32,000 bases of DNA from Vibrio alginolyticus NBRC 15630 = ATCC 17749 (GCF_000354175.2 NC_022359.1:690001-722000); one strand, 5' to 3'; positions 9,040 to 18,782 are shown, counted from the stretch's first letter. The notes: generated by a model from the sequence alone, not told the origin. Program-made: numbers and translations.

Positions 9040-9819
9040 ATGGAAGATTTTTACCTGACCGAGCACGGTTTGGCTGGTTATTTCGAAGCGCAATGGTTCG
9101 ACAAGTTCATTGAGGATCAACAGATTGAGATGATAACCAGTCGCTCAAAACAAGTCCCACTTTCTTTTTTGTCATCACCTCACTGCTCCCAAGTTGCTGA
9201 TTTTATTGCGCAGGCGGTAATCGAAAGCAGCGTTCAGCCGTATTCCCTACTTGAGGTTGGGGCGGCGCTGGGAAGAAATTATTATGAGTTAGTGCAACGC
9301 TTACCTAACCTTAGAGAAGCGACGCTTGTGGAGCCTTCAAATAGGTTAATGGATGGCTTGAAGCAACTATTAATAGAAGAACAACGCGTCGAGCTTACTT
9401 ACCTTCACGATGTGAACACCTTAAACACTTTAGAGGTAGAGAATAGAGATATCGTACAGAAATGTGCTCATGTTGATTTGACGCTAATTAACCAGCCTTT
9501 TGAGCTTGATACTCTCCAATCTCGCTTTGATTTAGTCGTATGTTTAAATGTGATTGATCAATGTGAGTCGCCACTTAGCGTGATCAATGCTCTAAAAAAA
9601 ACCACCAAGGTGGGTGGGCTGATCGTTGTCTCTTGCACTTATCAGTGGAACGCGAAACACATCAAAAATAAAGAAGAGGCGGTTGATGATATCAAAGAAT
9701 ACTTTGCTGAAGGCTGGCGTCTAGTGTCGGAAGCCGAGCATGAATATCGCATCCGGTTTAATGATCGCTTTGCAAGGCAGTTTTTATCTCACGTAGTCGC
9801 TTACGTAAAAAACGATTAG
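9040..9819 (+). CDS. Class I SAM-dependent methyltransferase-like protein
   Basis: Motif-I-like 'LLEVGAALGRN' and post-I/II pattern ('FDLVVCLNVIDQ', 'GGLIVVS'). ATG at 9040 chosen over the upstream alternative start in the ORF track. Confidence 0.6.
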   Translation: MEDFYLTEHGLAGYFEAQWFDKFIEDQQIEMITSRSKQVPLSFLSSPHCSQVADFIAQAVIESSVQPYSLLEVGAALGRNYYELVQRLPNLREATLVEPSNRLMDGLKQLLIEEQRVELTYLHDVNTLNTLEVENRDIVQKCAHVDLTLINQPFELDTLQSRFDLVVCLNVIDQCESPLSVINALKKTTKVGGLIVVSCTYQWNAKHIKNKEEAVDDIKEYFAEGWRLVSEAEHEYRIRFNDRFARQFLSHVVAYVKND

Positions 9820-9827
9820 AGCCACAT

Positions 9828-9858
9828 AAAAAACCGAGCACTTACGGCTCGGTTTTTT
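9828..9858. terminator. Bidirectional intrinsic terminator between convergent genes
   Basis: AAAAAA-CCGAGC-loop-GCTCGG-TTTTTT: A-tract and T-tract flank a GC stem. Confidence 0.75.
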
Positions 9859-9881
9859 AGTCTTTGGGCTAGAGCACAACT

Positions 9882-10763
9882 TTAAGTAACGTGCGCTTCT
9901 TGTTGCTCTTGCAACTTTTTCTTGCGACGCTCTCGTTTAGAAAGCCAAACCAGAGGCACAACAATCATAATGGTTCCTATTGCCATAAATATATCTGGCA
10001 CTTCTCCAAACCAAATCAATCCCACAAACACGGCACCAATTAAGCCACTGTATTCAGCGCTAGCAATTTTGTTGCTATCGATCGAACGGTAAGCGATGAC
10101 ACATGTTGCTGCATAAATCATGATGAACAAACTTGAGCCAGCAGCAACAGGGAAAGCACTCCAGTCCCAAGGTTCTGCTTCGATCAGAACAAGCAAGAAG
10201 GCTACTGGAATACCTGCCAAGTTTGTCATCAATAACGTTTGCATCACAGACTGATTTTTTGGCAGTTTTCGAATGAGCAAGTTATTGATTGCTAAAGTAA
10301 TTGCAACAACTAAAGCTGAAATGGCTGCCCAATCGATTTGGTCTGGACGAATGATGACCAATACACCGGCAAAGCCCATTATCGCTGCAGCGACCGATTG
10401 CTTAGACAACTGTTCTCCAAAAAAGATTGCTGCAAGTGGCAGCATGATCAATGGCGCGGCGTAAAAGATCGCGTTCGCAGTTGCGAGCGGTAAAGATGAG
10501 ATCGCCAAAACCATGAATATTGCACCAAGTAACCATACGTGAGCGCGAACAGCATGCCACTTAAACCCTTCAAGAAAAGGCGCATTTTTTGTTAGCAGGT
10601 AGACTGGCAGCAGGAAAAGCACCGCTGATATTTGTCGGAAAAAGACAAATTGAAAAATAGGCACTTCATTTCCGACACTTTTAATTAAAGAGTCCGAAAG
10701 CACCGCAATGAGATTTCCAACAATTAATAGCAGCATCGCTGCTCCGACCGATGTAACTTTCAC
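9882..10763 (-). CDS. EamA/DMT-superfamily transporter
   Basis: 10-TM hydrophobic profile, 293 aa, basic C-terminal tail. Divergent from a LysR regulator. Confidence 0.8.
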   Translation of the reverse strand: MKVTSVGAAMLLLIVGNLIAVLSDSLIKSVGNEVPIFQFVFFRQISAVLFLLPVYLLTKNAPFLEGFKWHAVRAHVWLLGAIFMVLAISSLPLATANAIFYAAPLIMLPLAAIFFGEQLSKQSVAAAIMGFAGVLVIIRPDQIDWAAISALVVAITLAINNLLIRKLPKNQSVMQTLLMTNLAGIPVAFLLVLIEAEPWDWSAFPVAAGSSLFIMIYAATCVIAYRSIDSNKIASAEYSGLIGAVFVGLIWFGEVPDIFMAIGTIMIVVPLVWLSKRERRKKKLQEQQEAHVT

Positions 10764-10856
10764 TTTTTCCTCTCCTCTTTCTTTGCCAAAGAGTAGGTGA
10801 TGTCATAGGATGAAGTGAAGTGATATTTATTAGTTTAAGTATGAGATTTTTAGATA

Positions 10857-11741
10857 ATGAAATTGCCACCACTCAGAGCTGTTCACTGTTTTGAATCTGT
10901 TGCCAGAAACTCTAGCTTTTCGCTTGCTGCTGAAGAACTCAATGTGACGCAAAGTGCCGTTAGCCACCAGATACGATTATTAGAAGATTATTTGGGTGAA
11001 TCATTATTTATCCGTCAAGGCAGAAAGCTCTCTTTGTCCGATACGGGCACCCGCTATTTAGAGGATATTAGCCCAGCAATTAGCTCAATTGCGATGGCCA
11101 GCCAAAAGGTGCGAGAAGGGGACAAAGGCAGCATACGGTTGGCGATTTATAGCTCGCTTGCCGTAAAGTGGCTTATTCCGCGTTTGTCTGATTTTAAGCG
11201 CTTACATCCAGAAATCGATCTGACACTCAATATGGTCGTTGGTGATCCTGAACAGACAGACAGCGTTGGCGATTGTTTCATCACGGTAGAAAAGCCAAAG
11301 CGAAACTACATGTCGGTAAAGTTATACGCGGAGACGCTGTATCCGGTCTGCAGCCATAAAATTTGGAAAGAGTTGCAAGATCAACCGATTCCAGAAGCGC
11401 TTTGGCGATACCCTATTTTGTCGACAGACTCAATTTATCGTGAGAGAGGAAAAGACTGGGCTGAGTGGTGCAGAGCGGGCGGTTACACCTTGCCGAAAGA
11501 TGTCGATGTTCAACATTTTAGTCATATGTTGTTGGCAATAGAGGCGGCGCGTTATGACCAAGGCATCGCATTTGCGAATGATTTTATGCTCAATGAAAGA
11601 GATAAAGCGCACGATTTGGTGTACATCCCTTCTCATGGATTGGAAACCGGAGACAGCTTTTATTTTATTCATAAAAAGAGTCGAGCCAAGCAAGCGGAAA
11701 TCATCAAGCTCACTAACTGGTTGAAGCAGCAATGCTTGTGA
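10857..11741 (+). CDS. LysR-family transcriptional regulator (GcvA-like subgroup)
   Basis: 'LPPLRAVHCFESVARNSSFSLAAEELNVTQSAVSHQIRLLE' HTH plus a LysR substrate-binding domain. Confidence 0.85.
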   Translation: MKLPPLRAVHCFESVARNSSFSLAAEELNVTQSAVSHQIRLLEDYLGESLFIRQGRKLSLSDTGTRYLEDISPAISSIAMASQKVREGDKGSIRLAIYSSLAVKWLIPRLSDFKRLHPEIDLTLNMVVGDPEQTDSVGDCFITVEKPKRNYMSVKLYAETLYPVCSHKIWKELQDQPIPEALWRYPILSTDSIYRERGKDWAEWCRAGGYTLPKDVDVQHFSHMLLAIEAARYDQGIAFANDFMLNERDKAHDLVYIPSHGLETGDSFYFIHKKSRAKQAEIIKLTNWLKQQCL

Positions 11742-11829
11742 AATGACTAAATTGTCAAAATTAAGAAAGAAAGTGGCAAAGTTGTGTCTAAATATTTCAT
11801 GTTTTATTGAGTTTTTATTCATTAACATC

Positions 11830-11851
11830 CACTTGGTTTTGAAACCAAGTG
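11830..11851. promoter_or_regulatory. Perfect 10-bp-arm palindrome CACTTGGTTT-TG-AAACCAAGTG upstream of the OMP gene
   Basis: Read directly. Lies 71 bp upstream of the ATG at 11922 with no T-tract after it, so an operator or 5'-UTR hairpin is more likely than a terminator. Confidence 0.3.
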
Positions 11852-11921
11852 AAATGGACAGCATGGCATGCTTAAGGATGGGCAAAACACAACCTCAATA
11901 ATTAACAGGCAGTGAAATACA

Positions 11922-12536
11922 ATGTTTAAAAAAACATGGCTAATGACAGCCCTTCTAGCAACATGTTCTGTTGCAAACGCAGCTCCTTACGTTGGTGCAT
12001 CTGTAGGTCAAGCATCGTTTGGTGATGTTAATGGCTCTATCAATGGTGGTGGTACTAACGCTAGCACTAAACTTAAACTTGAAGATGACTCAAGCCTTTC
12101 AGGCAAAGTATTCGGTGGTTACAAATTCAACGAATACATTTCTCTAGAAGCAGCCATTGGTGGCTACGATGCTTTAGACGGCAAAGTTGTTACTGTTGGT
12201 GACATGAAGTATCTATCGATTCAGCCAAAAGCGACTCTACCGATTGGCGATCGTTTCAACCTTTTTGCTAAAGCTGGTCTTTCTTACTTCAATGCTGAAT
12301 TCAAAATTAGCAACTCTGTGATTGACGGTAGCGCAGGCCATACCACCATTTCTGACAGCACTGTAACAGGCATGTACGGTTTAGGCGCAGAGTTCGCTAT
12401 TACTGAAAACTTTGCTCTACAAGTTGAATGGGAATACATGATGCCTGAGCTAGACATTGCGAAATTTGGCAATGAAAAAGTAACGGTTGATGCAGACATC
12501 AATGTGTTCTCTGTAGGTATGAGCTACCGTTTCTAA
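11922..12536 (+). CDS. Small outer-membrane beta-barrel protein (OmpA-like/OmpW-Ail-type 8-strand barrel)
   Basis: Signal peptide ending 'ANA-AP', alternating aromatic/Gly beta-strand pattern, and C-terminal 'SVGMSYRF' with terminal Phe. Confidence 0.75.
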   Translation: MFKKTWLMTALLATCSVANAAPYVGASVGQASFGDVNGSINGGGTNASTKLKLEDDSSLSGKVFGGYKFNEYISLEAAIGGYDALDGKVVTVGDMKYLSIQPKATLPIGDRFNLFAKAGLSYFNAEFKISNSVIDGSAGHTTISDSTVTGMYGLGAEFAITENFALQVEWEYMMPELDIAKFGNEKVTVDADINVFSVGMSYRF

Positions 12537-12624
12537 GAATACTTATTCAAGTTACCTCTTGGCTTAGTAAACGTTTTTGACTTCTGTTGGTCGAGCTGAG
12601 TCCAAGCTTTGAATTTGTTTAGAT

Positions 12625-12670
12625 ATAGCACAGGAAGTTTAGTTGCTAAGCGTCCTGTGCTATTTTTTTT
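12625..12670 (+). terminator. Rho-independent terminator
   Basis: ATAGCACAGGA ... TCCTGTGCTAT 11-bp stem followed by T8. Confidence 0.8.
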
Positions 12671-12697
12671 GCTTTGGAATAACTCTTAGGAATCTTT

Positions 12698-14365
12698 GTG
12701 AACGATGTCAATCTTAGGTATCTGGATCTACTGTTAAAGCACTTTGAACCTCACCAGTATCACCTTGTTACGCTTTCTGAGCTAGAAGCGGTGATTTGCA
12801 CGTCGAGGCGCAATGTTTCTATTGTGATGAAAAAGCTTGCCACTTACGATTGGGTCGATTGGCAACCTGCGATTGGCCGAAGTAACGCTAGCCGTCTCAG
12901 TATTAATATTTCCCTCCAACAAGCGATGACCGAGTTTTTGGTTGAGGAGCTTGGCAGAGGAAGAATGAACTCAATAACGAAACTTATTGATTGGTTCGGT
13001 CAAACCGCGGTTAGAGCACTAACTATCGCATCTGAAAAAGTGAATCGATTGAATGAATCAAATAACGCTATTTTGATTTCTTCTTACCCTTGGGTATCCA
13101 AAATCGACCCTGCGAATACTTACCGTCACACTGAATTACACGTCGCGAAAAGCGTTTATGACGTATTGCTGACCCAAAATTCCAATGGTGGTATCGAGCC
13201 ATCGTTAGCACACGAATGGAAAATGGAAGGCAAGGTAATGACGTTATGGTTGCGGCCAGGCATATATCGCCATGATGGCGAACCCCTTAACATACAGGAT
13301 GTGGTTTGGAGTATAGAAAGACTTAGGGAGATAAAAGGACCAGTTCACGAGCTCTGGCAATGCATTGATAGCGTGGTTGCAGAAACATCTAACTGCTTAA
13401 AAATCATATTGAAGCATCCGAACAAGTTGTTTCCATACATGCTAGCAACTCCTCATGCGTCTATTCTGTGTCGAGATGTCGTCTCTTTCGGTTCTAGTTA
13501 TTCCTACCACATAGGGACTGGGCCATTTAAAATCAGCGGCTGGAACCAGGAGAGTATGACTCTTGAAGCGCACAAAGAGTATTTTTCAGCACGCGCATTG
13601 TTAGATCAAATAACGCTGTCTCATGGTGATGTTAAAACCTTAAATATGTTGAGCTTTAACCAAAGCTCCGATCACGTTGAAGTGGAAAAAATTAGCGCAT
13701 TTTCATATGTGACCTACCGCGAACGCGCGGAATCCCAACTCACAAAAGAAACTTGGTATCAACTCGCTGATTACATCCATGTGCAAAAGCGAATTTATGA
13801 TGCGCCAAGTGCCGTTGACAGCATTCAGTTAGAGACTCACGAGCAAGATTTATCAATAACAGATGGTGTTGTGATACCTAAACTGAAAGGTAAAGTGGTA
13901 TTAGCTGAACCTGTCTGGACGATTCCGAGTTTAATTCGTCATTCCGAATGGTTGCACAGTGTGATTCGTGCAACGGGATTAGAGTTAGAGATCATTGTTA
14001 TTGATGACATTAGTTTTCCTGAGGTAGTGTCTCACCAAGCAGATTTGCTCTTCATTGAGGAAGTCATGGAAGCACCATTTGAATATGGCATCTTCGAATG
14101 GCTGTCGATAGCAACTGGACTGCGTTTTAGTTTTGATCAAAGCCAGATGTTAAGCCATAGAGAAAAGGTTCGCAGGGCGATGGCAGATGATCACTCGCTA
14201 CAGTCTTTATTAAACCTAGAGAAAGCGCTGCGCGATCAGTACCTATATTTGCCTTTGTTTGTTGGCTACGAAGAAGTGACAAAAACACAGCAAGTGCGAG
14301 GTGTGCAGGTGAAGAATACAGGCTATAGCGATTTACATAGGTTATGGATTGCTCATTCACACTAG
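12698..14365 (+). CDS. SgrR-family regulator (N-terminal wHTH + family-5 solute-binding-protein domain)
   Basis: N-terminus 'LRYLDLLLKHF...VTLSELEAVICTSRRNVSIVMKKLATYDWVDWQPAIGRSNASRL' is typical of the SgrR_N domain. The remaining ~450 aa have SBP_bac_5-like length. GTG start. Confidence 0.75.
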   Translation: MNDVNLRYLDLLLKHFEPHQYHLVTLSELEAVICTSRRNVSIVMKKLATYDWVDWQPAIGRSNASRLSINISLQQAMTEFLVEELGRGRMNSITKLIDWFGQTAVRALTIASEKVNRLNESNNAILISSYPWVSKIDPANTYRHTELHVAKSVYDVLLTQNSNGGIEPSLAHEWKMEGKVMTLWLRPGIYRHDGEPLNIQDVVWSIERLREIKGPVHELWQCIDSVVAETSNCLKIILKHPNKLFPYMLATPHASILCRDVVSFGSSYSYHIGTGPFKISGWNQESMTLEAHKEYFSARALLDQITLSHGDVKTLNMLSFNQSSDHVEVEKISAFSYVTYRERAESQLTKETWYQLADYIHVQKRIYDAPSAVDSIQLETHEQDLSITDGVVIPKLKGKVVLAEPVWTIPSLIRHSEWLHSVIRATGLELEIIVIDDISFPEVVSHQADLLFIEEVMEAPFEYGIFEWLSIATGLRFSFDQSQMLSHREKVRRAMADDHSLQSLLNLEKALRDQYLYLPLFVGYEEVTKTQQVRGVQVKNTGYSDLHRLWIAHSH

Positions 14366-14399
14366 AGTCGGTGTTCAAGATTATGCAAATGTCCAACGC

Positions 14400-14426
14400 A
14401 TAAAGCCATCGAAATGATGGCTTTAT
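14400..14426. terminator. Bidirectional terminator hairpin between convergent genes
   Basis: ATAAAGCCATC-GAAAT-GATGGCTTTAT perfect 11-bp stem. Confidence 0.7.
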
Positions 14427-14440
14427 AAGGGCGTATCGGA

Positions 14441-15220
14441 TTAGAAGTTGTACGACACACTTGCGCCAACAACCCATTGGTTTGCGCTATCAACGATAGA
14501 AGAGTCGCTGATACCGCTGCCTAGGCGCGTGTATTGTGTCATTTGGCTTACTTGCCAGTTGTCGTTGATTGGCATAACAAGTTTGTAGCCCACACCATAG
14601 CTTACCGTTGAATCACCTTTGTATGCTTTGCGGTTTGCGTTTGCTTCGCGTTGTTTCACACCAAAGTAGTAATCTACGTAGTCTTCACTTTGATAAGTTA
14701 GGTTAGCAAAAGGAACAAAATCAACACTACCGAATTTCATGATGTGGAAGTAAGTCGCGCCCGCCAAGTAACCTTTGTAAGCACCGCTGATATCGTGCTG
14801 AAGGTATGTAGAAATGACGTTGTTTTGATCCAGTGTAAAGTCTGCGTTTAAACCTAGATCGACGGCGAAACGGCGTTTATCTGTGCCTTTCAGGCTTTTC
14901 GCTGTATCACCGTCGCGCATTACACCACTACCTACAAGGTAGGCACTCATGTTGATTAACTCATTGGTGTTACCGAAGAAGCGGTAGTTAATGCCACTTA
15001 GGTCGGCATTAAAGTCGTCACCATGGTAACCACCGTTGAGAATTGGTGCTGTATTATGCTTTTGAGCTTTGAAAAGATCGCTGCCTTGAGCCACACCAGC
15101 TTCTACGTTCCAACCGCCTTCGTTGTTGTAGATGTTACCGTTACGAATGTAAGTATCGCCAGCGAAAGCTGAGCCAGCAGCTGTCAGAGTAAGTAGTGCA
15201 ATTAATGTTTTTTTCATCAT
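14441..15220 (-). CDS. MipA/OmpV-family outer-membrane protein
   Basis: Signal peptide 'MMKKTLIALLTLTAAGSAFA', beta-barrel pattern, and C-terminal 'ASVSYNF'. Start re-called to the ATG at 15220. Confidence 0.8.
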   Translation of the reverse strand: MMKKTLIALLTLTAAGSAFAGDTYIRNGNIYNNEGGWNVEAGVAQGSDLFKAQKHNTAPILNGGYHGDDFNADLSGINYRFFGNTNELINMSAYLVGSGVMRDGDTAKSLKGTDKRRFAVDLGLNADFTLDQNNVISTYLQHDISGAYKGYLAGATYFHIMKFGSVDFVPFANLTYQSEDYVDYYFGVKQREANANRKAYKGDSTVSYGVGYKLVMPINDNWQVSQMTQYTRLGSGISDSSIVDSANQWVVGASVSYNF

Positions 15221-15375
15221 TTTTCCGAGTTGTTCTGTTTTGTTTTGAACACTGTACAAAATGACGTTGTAAGCATCTATCGGCAAAGCGTATGGAAATG
15301 TAATGAACAATCAGGGTAAGAAGCAGAATGTTGCTTCAGAATAGAAAGGTTGCTGGAATAGCTTTCGTTAAAACA

Positions 15376-15408
15376 GCGAAAAAATCCGAGCTGGGGTGGC
15401 TCGGATTT
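15376..15408 (-). terminator. Rho-independent terminator of nlpE-like gene
   Basis: AAATCCGAGC-TGGGGTG-GCTCGGATTT stem. On the minus strand it is followed by a T-run. Confidence 0.7.
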
Positions 15409-15439
15409 GGGGTATTTATCAGGTATTGATACTAACTTC

Positions 15440-15973
15440 TTACTGTTTCGTTAAGTTGTATAGTGGTGCTAGGTCACCCGTTACTTTTTCGCCATTCATG
15501 TCTAGCTTCATAAGTACGTTTTCACCAACAAAGTATTGGTTTGGTGCATCTTCATTTGTCAACGTTACGATGCTGCCATTTGCGTCCCAAGTGAATTGAC
15601 CTTCAGATTTTGATTGACCGTCTTCTTTGTCTTGGTAGCTTTCTTCAAGTACGTAAGTGCCATCTTGATTTAGTGTGATGGTCATATCGATACCAGCACA
15701 ATCCGCGCAAGGTAGTGTTCCTTTGTAGGTGCCGTTCCAGTCCAGAGCACTTTGTGCGTTGTGTTCAGAGTCTACAAATGTCTCTTCAGTAATTACCTGT
15801 TCTTCTTCTACTGGTAACGTGTCAATTGTCTCAGTCGTAACGTCTGCACTGGTGGTGACTTCAGTTTCCGTTGCCTGAGGTACTTCAACTGCGCTTGTTT
15901 CGGCAGGTTTCTCATCTTGACAGCCTGCAAGAATGATTACCGCGCCTGTTAGTGCCAACATTGTCTTTTTCAT
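15440..15973 (-). CDS. nlpE: NlpE (CutF) N-terminal-domain lipoprotein
   Basis: Lipobox 'ILAGC' and 'GTLPCADCAGIDMTITLNQDGTY' (CXXC motif of the NlpE N-domain). ATG at 15973 is preceded by AAGAGGGA. Confidence 0.8.
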   Translation of the reverse strand: MKKTMLALTGAVIILAGCQDEKPAETSAVEVPQATETEVTTSADVTTETIDTLPVEEEQVITEETFVDSEHNAQSALDWNGTYKGTLPCADCAGIDMTITLNQDGTYVLEESYQDKEDGQSKSEGQFTWDANGSIVTLTNEDAPNQYFVGENVLMKLDMNGEKVTGDLAPLYNLTKQ

Positions 15974-16240
15974 TTTATCCCTCTTTAAATCAAGATTTTG
16001 TATGAGAGTAATAGTAGACATTTATCGAGGATTTGCGTCATCAAAAAGCAATAGAATGATCTAACTATGTCAATAAAACCGGATATGAGCATGAAATTGT
16101 CAGGAAAATCAGAACAATGTAAATGTTGCTTTGGGTATCAAGCTTGAGCCCACAGACAAATATCTAAAAAGGGGAGTGGGAGTGGGAGTGAGTTAATTGA
16201 TAACAGCCCACATTGTTGTGAGCTGTATTATCAACATCAT

Positions 16241-17470
16241 CTAAGAAACGTTATTGAAGCTTGAGCGTGAAGTGCCTCGTTTTGTGCTTCGTTGATCAGA
16301 AAACAGCTCCGCAATAACCTGACGATTTAATTCGCCTTTCAAATGGCCGTGCTCATCGATGACGGGCAGTGAATGTTCACACGACATGACTTCAGTCAGC
16401 ACTTGCTCAATGGCTAAATGTGGAGAGATGATAGGCACCTCTTCATAGATATCATCACGCCAATCTGATATATGAGTTAACTTCGCTGCGTTTAGCAATC
16501 CTTGCTGTGTTATCACGCCTTGATAGCCTGCATTGGTCTCATGGTAGGCATAATCACGTTTAACACGTTTCATTTCACTTAGTGCATCTTCAATGGTTTC
16601 AGCGCGAACACAGTACGAAGGTGGCTGCATCAGCGTTTCGACTGTCAGTGCTCGCGCTCTATTGACGTCTTTTACAAAGGCTTCAACGTACTCATCGGCA
16701 GGATGCAGTAAAATTTCGTCTGGTGAACCTTGTTGGACAAGTTCACCGTCTTTAAGAATCGCGATGCGATCGCCAAGTCGAAGCGCTTCATCTAAATCAT
16801 GAGTAATGAAAATAATGGTTTTGTGCAGCTTCTGTTGCAGCTCTACCAGCTGATCTTGCATTTCGCTCCGAATCAGAGGGTCCAATGCTGAAAAAGCCTC
16901 GTCCATCAACAGTATTTCGGCGTCGGTAGCCAGTGCCCGTGCAAGGCCCACACGCTGTTGCTGTCCACCCGATAGTTGAGCAGGATACTGGTGCTTATAA
17001 CCCGTCAGTCCAACGGTTTCTAACCATTCATTTGCTTTTTCTAAGCGCGCCTCTTTATTCATTCCCTGAACTTCCAAACCATATGCGATGTTGTCGATAA
17101 CAGTGCGATGAGGCAGCAAACCAAAGCGCTGGAACACCATAGACATCTTGTGACGGCGAAACTGTTCAAGCTCTTTGTTCGAAAGTTGCATGACATCCAC
17201 CCCTTCTACCAAAATCTGCCCCATGGTTGGATCGATTAATCGGTTGAAGTGGCGAATCATGGTGGATTTTCCAGAACCGGATAATCCCATAATGACAAAA
17301 ATTTCACCCTTTTGAATTTGCAGGTTGATGTCTTTTAGTCCGACCGTGTGGCCCGTTTCCGTTAAAACCTGCTCTTTACTATGTCCCAACTTAACGCGCT
17401 CAATCACGCTATTGGGCTTGGGGCCGAAGATTTTATACAGACCGCTGATTTCGATAAGTGGACTAGTCAT
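16241..17470 (-). CDS. proV: Glycine betaine/proline-type ABC transporter ATPase (ProV/OpuAA) with C-terminal CBS pair
   Basis: Walker A 'GLSGSGKST', signature 'LSGGQQQRV', Walker B 'LLMDEAFSALD', and a CBS-like C-terminus. Overlaps proW by 8 nt. Confidence 0.9.
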   Translation of the reverse strand: MTSPLIEISGLYKIFGPKPNSVIERVKLGHSKEQVLTETGHTVGLKDINLQIQKGEIFVIMGLSGSGKSTMIRHFNRLIDPTMGQILVEGVDVMQLSNKELEQFRRHKMSMVFQRFGLLPHRTVIDNIAYGLEVQGMNKEARLEKANEWLETVGLTGYKHQYPAQLSGGQQQRVGLARALATDAEILLMDEAFSALDPLIRSEMQDQLVELQQKLHKTIIFITHDLDEALRLGDRIAILKDGELVQQGSPDEILLHPADEYVEAFVKDVNRARALTVETLMQPPSYCVRAETIEDALSEMKRVKRDYAYHETNAGYQGVITQQGLLNAAKLTHISDWRDDIYEEVPIISPHLAIEQVLTEVMSCEHSLPVIDEHGHLKGELNRQVIAELFSDQRSTKRGTSRSSFNNVS

Positions 17471-18362
17471 GTTTTGAGTCTCCTAAATGAGCTTGAGTGC
17501 GTTTCGCATACGCTTGTGAAGCACGATCAAAAAGGATTGCTAGGGCGACAATTGCTAAACCATTGAGAAGACCAAGAGTGAAATATTGATTGGTAATAGA
17601 CTTTAGAACAGGCTGACCTAAACCTTTTACCCCAATCATTGATGCGATGACCACCATTGACAGTGCCATCATGATCGTTTGGTTAATTCCCGCCATGATG
17701 GTTGGCATTGCAAGCGGAAGCTGAACCCCAAAAAGCCGTTGCCGAGTGCTGGCACCAAATGCGGTTGCGGCTTCCAATACTTCTTTATCAACTAGACGAA
17801 TGCCCAAATTGGTTAAACGAATAACCGGTGGAATCGCGTAGATCACTACTGCAATAAGGCCAGGAATTTTCCCGATGCCCAATAACATCACAACTGGAAT
17901 GAGATACACAAATGCCGGCATGGTCTGCATGACGTCGAGTAATGGTGTTACCACCGACTGAATGCGATTAGAGCGCGCCATAGCGATACCGATAGGGATA
18001 CCGAGTGCAATGGCAAGCATGGTACACACAGTGATGATACTGAGCGTGCGCATAGTGTCTTCCCACATTCCGAAATAGCCAATCAGAATCAGCGAACCAA
18101 AACATGCAGCGGCCAGTTTCCAAGAGCGGCTGGCGGCATAAACGAGAGTGGTGCAGACACCTAAAATAATGAACCAAGGTGTAGAAATCAGAAGTTTTTC
18201 AAACCAGACAAGAAACGCAAGGAGCGGATCAAACAGAGACTCAATGAGTTCACCATACTCGCGAGAGAAATCTCTGTAGGCGCCGTCGAGTGTTTTGCGA
18301 ATCGCCCTGAGATCAGAGGCATCCATTTCCGGGAATTCGCTGAGCCAATTTGAGTCAGACAT
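17463..18362 (-). CDS. proW: Glycine betaine/proline-type ABC transporter permease (ProW/OpuAB)
   Basis: BPD-type permease with an EAA-loop region 'EAATAFGASTRQRLFGVQLPLAMPTIMAG'. SD AAGGAAG lies upstream of the ATG at 18362. Confidence 0.9.
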   Translation of the reverse strand: MSDSNWLSEFPEMDASDLRAIRKTLDGAYRDFSREYGELIESLFDPLLAFLVWFEKLLISTPWFIILGVCTTLVYAASRSWKLAAACFGSLILIGYFGMWEDTMRTLSIITVCTMLAIALGIPIGIAMARSNRIQSVVTPLLDVMQTMPAFVYLIPVVMLLGIGKIPGLIAVVIYAIPPVIRLTNLGIRLVDKEVLEAATAFGASTRQRLFGVQLPLAMPTIMAGINQTIMMALSMVVIASMIGVKGLGQPVLKSITNQYFTLGLLNGLAIVALAILFDRASQAYAKRTQAHLGDSKHD

Positions 18363-18550
18363 ATGTACTTCCTTTTTCTGATATACCTAAGCGCTTTCAA
18401 GAAACTTAATTTGGCAAGAAGAGTAGGGCACCTAGGCCAAGTAATGGTCGTTCGACAGGTTCTTTATCGAACGTATTACTCTTTAAGCTCAGGCGAATAT
18501 CGTCAAACTTCTCTTTTTCGTTCCTTAGGTATACATCCTTTAAATAAAAC

Positions 18551-18576
18551 AATCATTAGTGTTCAAACTAATGATT
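18551..18576. promoter_or_regulatory. Inverted repeat AATCATTAGT-GTTCAA-ACTAATGATT upstream of proW
   Basis: Perfect 10-bp arms, about 190 bp upstream of the proW ATG in an AT-rich 496-bp divergent intergenic region. Confidence 0.3.
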
Positions 18577-18782
18577 TGCTTGGATTATAGTTTTTCTTCT
18601 TCAATAAAATGAACACATTAGCGTGTATTTGTATGAAAAATCTGCGCAAATTAACGTTTTTATTATCCGGTTAATTAGAATTGATCTTTTTGCTCGTTTG
18701 TCATCGAAATTTCTAAATTATTAGATGTCTAATTAATGCTGATGTATTACGTATTTGTCGTGTTGATTTTTGCAAACTTAGT

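Noticed and set aside
16172-16193. Hexanucleotide tandem repeat (GGGAGT)x3.5 between proV and nlpE. I considered it as a phase-variation tract, a G-quadruplex or a CsrA-site cluster.
   Set aside because: It has only three full units and only three G-runs of at least 3, while a G4 needs four. It lies ~200 bp from the nearest start codon, with no plus-strand transcript to carry GGA motifs. Most likely it is an incidental 3'-UTR or spacer sequence.
18363-18590. 75-aa plus-strand ORF in the proW upstream region.
   Set aside because: It starts immediately at the proW start codon on the opposite strand, in AT-rich promoter DNA, with no SD and a low-complexity product.
18700-18760. Short AT-rich inverted repeats such as ATTAGA-TG-TCTAAT in the proW/DUF134 intergenic region.
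   Set aside because: Arms of 6 bp in very AT-rich DNA are expected by chance. Only the 10-bp-arm repeat at 18551-18576 and the 12-bp palindromes at 18787-18820 seemed worth reporting.
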